From an uncultured Gemmatimonadaceae bacterium (lineage in GTDB: Bacteria; Gemmatimonadota; Gemmatimonadetes; Gemmatimonadales; Gemmatimonadaceae), in the NCBI GenBank assembly GCA_963781585.1, contig CAWAGQ010000004.1, forward strand, positions 768,001-832,000: a DNA stretch of 64,000 bases. The letters run 5' to 3'. This document shows, one piece after another, positions 33,343-41,021 of this stretch (its first letter is position 1; each line of letters starts with the position of its first letter). A program made the translations under genes and the position numbers. The notes beneath the pieces are model-generated. The model was not told the origin of the DNA, did not search any database, and saw only the letters and a program-made list of their open reading frames with translations.

Positions 33343-34334
33343 GCGCTCAGCACCGCGCGCACCATTCTCTCGTACGCGTCCACCGCGGCGCGCAATTCAT
33401 CCACCGCCACGAATTCATCCGGCGTATGCGCGACGTGGATCGACCCGGGGCCGAACAGCAGCGGCGTTCCCCAGCGATCGAGCAGGGGGATGTCCGATGT
33501 GAACGCGACGGGCGCCGTCTCGAATCCTGGAATGGTGTGGAAGTACTGCAGCGGGATGTGCGACCCATAGGTGATTTCGGCGCGGCCCGCGACCCACGAT
33601 TCCACCATCCGCTTCACCACGTCCACGTCTCCCACCAGCCGGAACATCAACTCCACCTCGCACGATCCCGGAATGATGTTGGCTTCGGTGCCACCACGGA
33701 TGACCCCGATGTTCACCGTGCTCTGCCCCAGTCGCGGATCGGAGGGGAGTTCCAGGGTCTTGAGCGACGGTAGCAACTCGAGCATCGGCTCGATGGCCGA
33801 CTTGCCCAGTTGCGGATAGGCCGAGTGCGCCTCGACGCCCCGCGTGCGCAGCGTGACGCGGAGGGATCCCTTCGCGCCAACCGCCAGTTTGCTCTCGGTG
33901 GGTTCGCCGTTGATGAGAAAGCGACTCGTACACGGCAGGCGATTGGCCGCGCGGGCGCCGTCAGACGCCTTCTCCTCTCCGACCACGAAGAGCAGATCGA
34001 CGCGATTCTCACCCGAGTCGGCCAGGCGGTCTCCTGCCACCAGCATTGCCGCGGCGATTCCCTTGGCATCGCACGCGCCCCGACCATAGAGACGGTCACC
34101 AGCGAGTCGCGCCGGCACGTACGGCGGGACGGTGTCGAGGTGGGTGGACAGCGTCACGCCGCCACCCTCACGCGAGGCCCAGACGTTCCCCCGTCCTGGC
34201 GTGACTTCCTGCACCGTGACGTTCCAGCCTCTGCCGACCAGCCATCGGGATACGAAATCGACGATCCGGCTCTCCGACCCGGACGGCGACTCGATGGCAA
34301 GCAGCTCGGCAGCAAGCGCGACAACATCGACCAT
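33339..34334 (-). CDS. M20 family metallohydrolase (ArgE/DapE-like)
   Basis: THLDTVPP, YGRGACDAKG, VGEE, GEPT and AHTPDE. First gene of the dap run. Confidence 0.9.
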   Translation of the reverse strand: MVDVVALAAELLAIESPSGSESRIVDFVSRWLVGRGWNVTVQEVTPGRGNVWASREGGGVTLSTHLDTVPPYVPARLAGDRLYGRGACDAKGIAAAMLVAGDRLADSGENRVDLLFVVGEEKASDGARAANRLPCTSRFLINGEPTESKLAVGAKGSLRVTLRTRGVEAHSAYPQLGKSAIEPMLELLPSLKTLELPSDPRLGQSTVNIGVIRGGTEANIIPGSCEVELMFRLVGDVDVVKRMVESWVAGRAEITYGSHIPLQYFHTIPGFETAPVAFTSDIPLLDRWGTPLLFGPGSIHVAHTPDEFVAVDELRAAVDAYERMVRAVLSA

Positions 34335-34499
34335 GGCGTCAATTGTAGCGGCGCTCCCACAACGTTGACAGGTGAATGCGCGCGGCGTGCTGTCCGCGTG
34401 ACGGCTTTCGAGTAACTTCTCTGTCGGCTGAAGGGTCGCTCCCCCGTTCACGCCGCACCCGAGCTCCGCCGCAACCCTGACGATCTCCGTTTTCGTGCA

Positions 34500-36836
34500 A
34501 TGCCGCTCGCCGACACCGCGCAGCTGACGGCTGTGATCATCGGAACGGACACGCTGCTCGCGGCGCGTCCGGCCACCGCGATCCAGCTCGCGCGGGCCTG
34601 CATGCGTGCGGGATACGATTTCGTGGCGCCGGTGAGCTGGGGCGAAGAGCTGCTGGCCACTCAGGTGATCGACCAGGTGCGCCGCACCGCGGTCCCCGCG
34701 TCGGTGATCGTGAACTGCCCGTTCGTCGCCGAAGCGCTGCGCGGCGAGACTGCCGCGCTTCCGACGTGCTGGCGAAGCGTGTCGCCTCCGGTGGCGACGG
34801 CGCGCTATCTGCGTTCGGCCTTCCATCCGCACCGCCTTCACATCACGTATGCAGGACGTTGCCCGGGTGCCACGGCGCCCGACATCGATGCCTGCGTGCT
34901 GCCGGACGTGTTCCTCGGGCACCTGCTGGAAGCGGGCTTTGCCCCCGAAGACCAGCCACGGTACTTCGAGGAAATGGTGCCTCCTGATCGGGCACGGTAT
35001 TCGTCGCTGCCCGGCGGCGTACCGGAACCCGCGGCCCTGCGTCTGCACGGCGGCGCCCGGCTGCGCGAGGCCGCGCCGGCCACCGTTGGCACGGTGGCCC
35101 TCTCGTTCGAGTCGCCGGAACCGGTGGTGATCGATCTCGAGTCCGCGTGCGGCTGCATCTGCGCGCGCGATCGCTTCGCCGCGGCCCAGATGGAGCCGCC
35201 GCGCGCCTCGGCGCCCGTGGTGTCAGCCGAAGTGATCGTGGATCTCGCTCCGCACCGTGAGGAGCGGGTGGCCGCCGCGCCATTCCTGACGCGCCGCGCT
35301 GAGGTGCCGGAAGAAGGCGCTGAGGTGCGGACCGGGTCGTCGGCACCGGACCTGGAAGCGGATCTGCCGCCGGATCGACCTGAGCCCCCACTCGAAGCGC
35401 CCATGAGTCACTGGGCCGAGCCTTCGATAACGCGGATGGAATATCAAACGGAATCCTCCGAAGTGCCTGTGGAATCCGGCGAGGACCCGCCCACGAGGCA
35501 GCGGGAGCACGAGGCGGACGGTTCGGACACTGAAGACATCGAGACGGAGACGGCCGTCTCCGAGACGGTCGACTGGTTCCTCGAGTCCCGTGCTGCGGTC
35601 ACGGAGGCGCCCGGTCGCGCGCGCGAAACACCGCCCCACGAGGAAACGCCGTCGGAGTTTCCGTCCGTTCCCACGTTCCCGGACTTCGCGGAGTTCGATG
35701 CCGCCTGGAGCCGGTTGACGGCGGCGATGGCGGACGCCGGCCTTGCGGCGCCCGTTGCGACTGCGAGGAACCGTGGACTTCGGACGGAGCGCACGGATGT
35801 GGAGCGAGTGCTCGCGGTGTCCTCGGAGTCACAGCCGGCGCGGAGCGAGGCCACGGGTGCGTGGAAGACCCCGGTCGATCCCGCTCTCACCGTATCGATC
35901 GAGCCATGGATCGCGCCTCGCCGGGCGCGCCCGGTCGTCACGCCTATCGGTGCGTTGAGCGCAGTCCATGTTGCGCCGCCGCCGGCTCCGACCTTTGCTG
36001 ACTCCGAGGTACCGCGCGTCCCGCAGCGCGCCGACGTGGGTGAAGAGCCTCACTCCCCAGACGAATCCGGCGTCGGGGAGGGCGAAGAAGAGTGGTTGGA
36101 AGCAATGTCCGCCGCAGGCGATTCCGCCGCGGTCGATGAATCCGCGCAAGCATCTGTCGACGCCCCGCAGGTGGTGGAGCGTCCGCGGATCGTCTCACGT
36201 GCGGAGGCAATGCCCGCGGCTCCGTCCATAGTCCCAGACGTCGTTGCCGCTCCCGACGTAGAAGGCGAGCCGGGTGAAGTCGCGTCGACGGTTGTGGGCA
36301 GTGAGGCGCCGGAGCCGAGGGTGCTGGTCAAGTGGACTCCGGAACACGGCATCGCGGCGAATCTCGAGCGGATGGCTGACGAGACAACGGAGCCAGGGCT
36401 CGAAGCAGCTTCGGGGCGCGCGACTGAAGTCACGTCGCCCGAGACGCTCACGCCGCAGTACGCCGCGGCCTCGACCGCGTCCGCCGACGTGTTGCCGCGC
36501 GCCGCCCCCTTCGCCCGCGGACCGAGACGGACTCCCGTCTACGCACCTCTCCGTGCCGCACTGGGCGCCATGGAGCGCGAGGAGAAGCGCGCGCGCCGGG
36601 TCACCTACTTTCGACGAGCCGTCATGATCGTCGGGATCACCGTGCTGGTCGTGGTTGCTTCTGTCTTCGCCGCATCGCTCCTGTCCTCGCACCGCCGCGA
36701 CGCATCGAACTCCGCGCAGGTCGAACCACCGCGACTGGCCCCGGCCCGGGTCGCCCCCGTCTCGGTGGATACCACGGCTCGTCCGGACACGGGCTCGGCG
36801 GCCGGCGCGATGCCGCGCGACACCACTGGGTCCTAG
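34500..36836 (+). CDS. Membrane-anchored protein: N-terminal Cys-containing [FeFe]-hydrogenase/Nar1-like domain, long acidic Pro-rich linker, C-terminal TM
   Basis: 778-aa ORF with motifs IVNCP, VSPP, ITYAGRCP, DIDACV and LESACGCIC; TM segment AVMIVGITVLVVVASVFAASLL. The domain call is by eye. Confidence 0.7.
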   Translation: MPLADTAQLTAVIIGTDTLLAARPATAIQLARACMRAGYDFVAPVSWGEELLATQVIDQVRRTAVPASVIVNCPFVAEALRGETAALPTCWRSVSPPVATARYLRSAFHPHRLHITYAGRCPGATAPDIDACVLPDVFLGHLLEAGFAPEDQPRYFEEMVPPDRARYSSLPGGVPEPAALRLHGGARLREAAPATVGTVALSFESPEPVVIDLESACGCICARDRFAAAQMEPPRASAPVVSAEVIVDLAPHREERVAAAPFLTRRAEVPEEGAEVRTGSSAPDLEADLPPDRPEPPLEAPMSHWAEPSITRMEYQTESSEVPVESGEDPPTRQREHEADGSDTEDIETETAVSETVDWFLESRAAVTEAPGRARETPPHEETPSEFPSVPTFPDFAEFDAAWSRLTAAMADAGLAAPVATARNRGLRTERTDVERVLAVSSESQPARSEATGAWKTPVDPALTVSIEPWIAPRRARPVVTPIGALSAVHVAPPPAPTFADSEVPRVPQRADVGEEPHSPDESGVGEGEEEWLEAMSAAGDSAAVDESAQASVDAPQVVERPRIVSRAEAMPAAPSIVPDVVAAPDVEGEPGEVASTVVGSEAPEPRVLVKWTPEHGIAANLERMADETTEPGLEAASGRATEVTSPETLTPQYAAASTASADVLPRAAPFARGPRRTPVYAPLRAALGAMEREEKRARRVTYFRRAVMIVGITVLVVVASVFAASLLSSHRRDASNSAQVEPPRLAPARVAPVSVDTTARPDTGSAAGAMPRDTTGS

Positions 36837-36917
36837 AATCTGCTCGAAGTGATCGTGCCAACCTGTTCTGCGCGACTCGGTCGCGCCCTCCCCCATCATT
36901 CGACCTGGAGACGCCGT

Positions 36918-38534
36918 ATGCGAAGCTCAGCCATCGCCTGGCGGTCTGTGTTCGCGGCGATGCTCGTCACCGCCGCGCCGGCCGTCGCGCAGCGAACCGC
37001 TGCCCCCGCCGCCGATCCGCGACTGGAGCGGCTGAAGGCCGAGGCGTTGACCAGGGTCGAAGGGCGCGCCACGCTGGTCCAGCAGATCGTCGATCAGATC
37101 TTCTCGTTCGGCGAGCTCGGGATGCAGGAGTTCGAGACGTCGAAGTACCTGATGGGGTTGCTGCGGCAGAACGGTTTCACGGTGGACAGCGGTTTCGCGG
37201 GGATCCCGACCGCGTGGGTGGCCACCTGGGGCTCCGGGAAGCCGGTCATCGCGTTAGGCTCGGACATCGACGACATCCCGCAGGCGAACCAGAAGCCGGG
37301 GGTGGCCTGGCATGACCCGATCATTTCGGGGGCACCGGGACACGGCGAGGGGCACAACTCGGGTCAGGCGGTGAACATCGCGGCCGCCCTCGTCGTGAAG
37401 GAGATCATGGAGCGGGACCACATCCCGGGCACGCTCAAGATCTGGCCCGGGGTGGCTGAGGAGCAGGTGGCGTCGAAGGCGTATTTCGTGCGCGCGGGCC
37501 TGTTCAAGGACGTGGATGTCTGTCTCTTCACCCACGTCGGCAACAACCTCGGCGTCTCCTGGGGGCAGTCGGGGTCGAACGCGCTGCTGTCGGTACTGTT
37601 CAAGTTCCGCGGGCAGACGGCGCACGCGGCGGGGGCGCCGTGGCGCGGCAAGTCGGCGCTCGACGCGGTGATGCTGATGGCGCAGGCGTGGGAGTTCCAC
37701 CGGGAGCACATGGAGATCCCGCAGCGATCGCACTACGTGATTCCCGACGGCGGTGATCAGCCTAACGTGGTGCCGGCCACGGCGTCCGTCTGGTTCTACT
37801 TCCGCGAGCGCGACTACGAGCACACGATGGCGATGTTCGAGGCCGCGAAGAACATGGCCAGGGGGGCCGAGCTGATGACCGGCGCCACGCTCGACAGCAC
37901 CATCATCCTCGGCTCGGCGTGGTCGGGGCACTTCAACAAGACCATCGCCGAGGTGACTTACCGGAACATCCAGCGGGTGGGGCTGCCCAGGTGGGACGAT
38001 GCCGACATCACGCTGGCCAGGGGGATCCAGCACGAGCTGGGGCAGCGCGAGGAGGGACTGGCTACGCACATCGACTCGATCGGCGGGCCGGTGGACATGG
38101 CGCGCTTCACCGGCGGCGGGTCGGACGACATCGGCGACGTGTCGTGGAACGTGCCGACCGTGACGCTGCGCTTTCCGTCGAACATCCCGGGGCTGCCGGG
38201 GCACAACTGGGCGAACGGGATCTCGATGGCGACGCCGCTGGCGCACAAGGGGGCGCTGGCGGGGGCGAAGGTACAGGCGCTGACGCTGCTCGACCTGTTG
38301 CTCACGCCCAGGGACATCGCCGACGCCTGGGACTACTTCAACACCGTGCAGACCAGGGAGCACAAGTACACGCCGTTCATCGGGCCTGACGACAAGCCGG
38401 CCATCTGGCTCAACGCGGACATCATGGCGAAGTACCGGCCCGAGATGCGGAAGTACTATTACGATCCCACGAAGTACAAGTCGTATCTGGAGCAGCTGGG
38501 GATCAAGTATCCGACGGTGAAGGTGATCCAGTAG
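36918..38534 (+). CDS. Secreted M20 amidohydrolase (AbgB-like)
   Basis: Signal peptide, GHGEGHN, GVAEEQ, AHAAGAPWRGKSALDA and GGSDDIGDVSW. GGAG lies upstream of ATG 36918. Confidence 0.9.
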   Translation: MRSSAIAWRSVFAAMLVTAAPAVAQRTAAPAADPRLERLKAEALTRVEGRATLVQQIVDQIFSFGELGMQEFETSKYLMGLLRQNGFTVDSGFAGIPTAWVATWGSGKPVIALGSDIDDIPQANQKPGVAWHDPIISGAPGHGEGHNSGQAVNIAAALVVKEIMERDHIPGTLKIWPGVAEEQVASKAYFVRAGLFKDVDVCLFTHVGNNLGVSWGQSGSNALLSVLFKFRGQTAHAAGAPWRGKSALDAVMLMAQAWEFHREHMEIPQRSHYVIPDGGDQPNVVPATASVWFYFRERDYEHTMAMFEAAKNMARGAELMTGATLDSTIILGSAWSGHFNKTIAEVTYRNIQRVGLPRWDDADITLARGIQHELGQREEGLATHIDSIGGPVDMARFTGGGSDDIGDVSWNVPTVTLRFPSNIPGLPGHNWANGISMATPLAHKGALAGAKVQALTLLDLLLTPRDIADAWDYFNTVQTREHKYTPFIGPDDKPAIWLNADIMAKYRPEMRKYYYDPTKYKSYLEQLGIKYPTVKVIQ

Positions 38535-38646
38535 CCGGGGTGTCGCGACCGAATCCATTCGGTTCAGGAGAGGGGCTCGAACCGGGGCGAGGTGCGTGCA
38601 CCTTTCAGGCATCGATCTTCTGCCTTTGGCTCTGTCGGATTCTCGA

Positions 38647-38997
38647 CTATCCTCTGCAGGCGTTGCCGCGCGCGGACCAGCTTACGATGCGGCTGCTCTG
38701 AGCTGCGACCATGGTCACCTGGCACCAGTACGTAACAGAGCCGGCAGTGACCATGTTCCATACGGCGTTGTAGTTCGCTGTCACCACGGTGTTACCGACC
38801 CACAGCCACGTGTACATCCGCGAGCCGTTCGGCATTTCGAAAGACTGTCCCGGCGGTCCCCATGCCGTCATTAGCCGGTTAACGTCTTGATTCAGCCATG
38901 TATTCATCTTGGACCTGAAGCCGCCAGTTGTTGCGCACGCGAGAAGGGATGTCGCGATGGCAGCGAGACTGGTCAGGAAGCGGAGTGCTCTGGGCAT
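38647..38997 (-). CDS. Small putative lipoprotein in a lower-GC segment
   Basis: AGGAGG before ATG 38997, lipobox LLAC, a WGPP motif and two further Cys; 116 aa. Confidence 0.7.
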   Translation of the reverse strand: MPRALRFLTSLAAIATSLLACATTGGFRSKMNTWLNQDVNRLMTAWGPPGQSFEMPNGSRMYTWLWVGNTVVTANYNAVWNMVTAGSVTYWCQVTMVAAQSSRIVSWSARGNACRG

Positions 38998-39434
38998 CGC
39001 TCCTCCTACGGTCGCCGCTCTTACCTTAGGTGACGGGTGGACTTGATGTAATGCGTCTTTGGATTGCGAAAGCCACCTGGATGCCAAGTCCCGCCGAGAG
39101 CGAATTCGCATGTGTTGCTCCCCTTTGCGCAGAGCCGGTCGCTGCCTTGGCGCGCCCTTTCATCTTGACAGTGGCTCAGCGTTACCGCCGTCGACACGGA
39201 TCGGACGACGGACCTTTAGATCGCTTCAGAGGATTGTAGCGCGCATCCCTCGTGGGGCGCCGCTCGGTGATTTGTTTTTCCCTACTCGACTTCGAGGCTG
39301 GCGTCTGTGGAATGAGTCGGAGGTCCACTGGCCGCTGTCCGAGCCGAACGGGTACAGTTCGGGCACAAGTCAGATTTGCTCTGCGTGCTTGCATGACTTC
39401 CGTTGAAGGTCGCGAACCCTTGTGGCGCAACCGA

Positions 39435-39517
39435 TGCGGAGGCCGGGACTCGAACCCGGATGGCCTTGCGGCCAGGGGATTTTAAGTCCCCTGCGTCTAC
39501 CATTTCGCCACCCCCGC
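39435..39517 (-). tRNA. tRNA-Leu(TAA)
   Basis: GCGGGGGTGGCGAAATGGTAGACGCAGGGGACTTAAAATCCCC...GGTTCGAGTCCCGGCCTCCGCA; long variable arm, no encoded CCA. Confidence 0.96.
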
Positions 39518-39607
39518 AAACACAAAACGGCGGACCGCAATCGATCGAAGCGAAGACACCACGTCGCATCGTCGATCCACCGTCCACCGTTTCCCGTCAC
39601 ACCGAAG

Positions 39608-39680
39608 AGCGGGAAACGGGACTCGAACCCGCGACCCCAACCTTGGCAAGGTTGTGCTCTACCAACTGAGCTATTCCCGC
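39608..39680 (-). tRNA. tRNA-Gly(GCC)
   Basis: GCGGGAATAGCTCAGTTGGTAGAGCACAACCTTGCCAAGGTTG...GGTTCGAGTCCCGTTTCCCGCT. Confidence 0.97.
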
Positions 39681-39689
39681 GTGCGGCCT

Positions 39690-39719
39690 AGTATAGCGGC
39701 TCCCGCTCCGCGCCGACAA
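39690..39719 (-). promoter_or_regulatory. Promoter for the tRNA-Gly/tRNA-Leu pair
   Basis: TTGTCG-18 bp-TATACT, ending 10 bp upstream of tRNA-Gly. Confidence 0.6.
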
Positions 39720-39812
39720 GCGGAAGGAAGCAGCTACCAGCGATCAGCGGTCAGCTCTCGGGTCGCTGGTCACCCCCCGCCGTTTCTTGTACCGCGCCCT
39801 TCCCACCTGGCC

Positions 39813-41021
39813 TCAGCCCGGCCCTTCATCCGACCGCCACTCCACCCCCGCCCCCGCCGCCGCACCCGTGATCCACCACCGCGCCTCGCGCGCGAACCGC
39901 GCCCGATACTCCTCCTCCAGCTCCCCGGCAGCCTCGCGCAGCCCCTCGCCCGTACCGACCGCGATCGCGCACCCGCCCCACCCCGCCCCGGTCAGACGCG
40001 CCCCTATCACCCCGCGCCGTTCGGCTGCCGCCTCCACGAACCAGTCGAGCTCCGGCGTCGAACACTCGTACAGATCGCGCAACGACCGGTGCGATTCGTA
40101 GAGCAACACCCCCGGCAGGTGCCCGGTTGCCAAGAGCGACACGACCGCCTGCTCCACTCGATGGTTCTCCTCGATGACGTGCTGTGCGCGCTGGAGCAAC
40201 GGTGACGGCAGCCCTGCCTCGTGCACCTGCTCCATGGTGGCGTTTGCCAGCCACCTGAGTTCCGGAAACGCTTTCCGCATCAGTTGCAGCGCGGCCTCGC
40301 ACTCCGCGCGGCGAGCCCCATACGCCGACTCCCGCAGGTCACGCGATACGCCGGTATCGAATACCAGCACGCTCTGCGCGAAGGGGAGGTGCACGGTACG
40401 TCCGGTATCGCACTCGAGGTGCAAGGCGTGCCCCGCGCGCGCCAGCGACACCGCGAACTGGTCCATCACGCCGCACGGCACGCCCACGAACTCGACCTCG
40501 GCGCGATGGGCCGCTCCGGCCAGTGCGGCCGCGTCACACGCCGCCGTTCGGTCGCCCCGCTGCACCAGCGGCGCACCGTGCGCTCCCGCTCCGGAACCGG
40601 CGCCTAACGACTCGGCTGCGAACGCGACCGCCACCTCCAGCGCGGCCGACGACGACAATCCGGCACCGGCCGGGACGTCGCTCTCCACGGCGATGTCCAC
40701 CTCGGGCACCGCCATCCCCACGTCTGCCAGCATCGCCAGCGGGCCCGCCACGTAATCAATCCAGGTTCCTGTTCTGGCCGACGCGCCCACGGAGAACCCC
40801 GGCGCGTCGGGCCACTGCGCCGAGACGGCGCGGGACTGCCGGCCGCCCGCCGGGCCCATCGCCACCCACGTCCGCGCTTCGATGGCGATGGGCAGGACGG
40901 CGCCGCCGTTGTAGTCGGTGTGCTCGCCGATCAGGTTCACCCGCCCCGGCGCCGACGCGATGACCGCGGGAGGGCGACCGAACGTCCGCGCGAACGTCGC
41001 GCGGACGCGTTCCACCGTCAC
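39813..41021 (-). CDS. galK: Galactokinase
   Basis: APGRVNLIGEHTDYNGG, PAGAGLSSSAALE, CGVMDQ and GARLTGAGWGG. The GTG start overlaps the upstream stop. Confidence 0.93.
   Translation of the reverse strand: MTVERVRATFARTFGRPPAVIASAPGRVNLIGEHTDYNGGAVLPIAIEARTWVAMGPAGGRQSRAVSAQWPDAPGFSVGASARTGTWIDYVAGPLAMLADVGMAVPEVDIAVESDVPAGAGLSSSAALEVAVAFAAESLGAGSGAGAHGAPLVQRGDRTAACDAAALAGAAHRAEVEFVGVPCGVMDQFAVSLARAGHALHLECDTGRTVHLPFAQSVLVFDTGVSRDLRESAYGARRAECEAALQLMRKAFPELRWLANATMEQVHEAGLPSPLLQRAQHVIEENHRVEQAVVSLLATGHLPGVLLYESHRSLRDLYECSTPELDWFVEAAAERRGVIGARLTGAGWGGCAIAVGTGEGLREAAGELEEEYRARFAREARWWITGAAAGAGVEWRSDEGPG

Noticed and set aside
38570..38590. GGTTCGAGCCCC on the minus strand as a possible att duplicate of the tRNA-Leu 3' end
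   Set aside because: Only about 8 bp match the T-arm and the acceptor-stem part differs, so it is too weak to call.
39518..39607. A tRNA-Cys between tRNA-Gly(GCC) and tRNA-Leu(TAA), as in glyW-cysT-leuZ
   Set aside because: No cloverleaf, T-loop or GCA anticodon arm is visible in the spacer.
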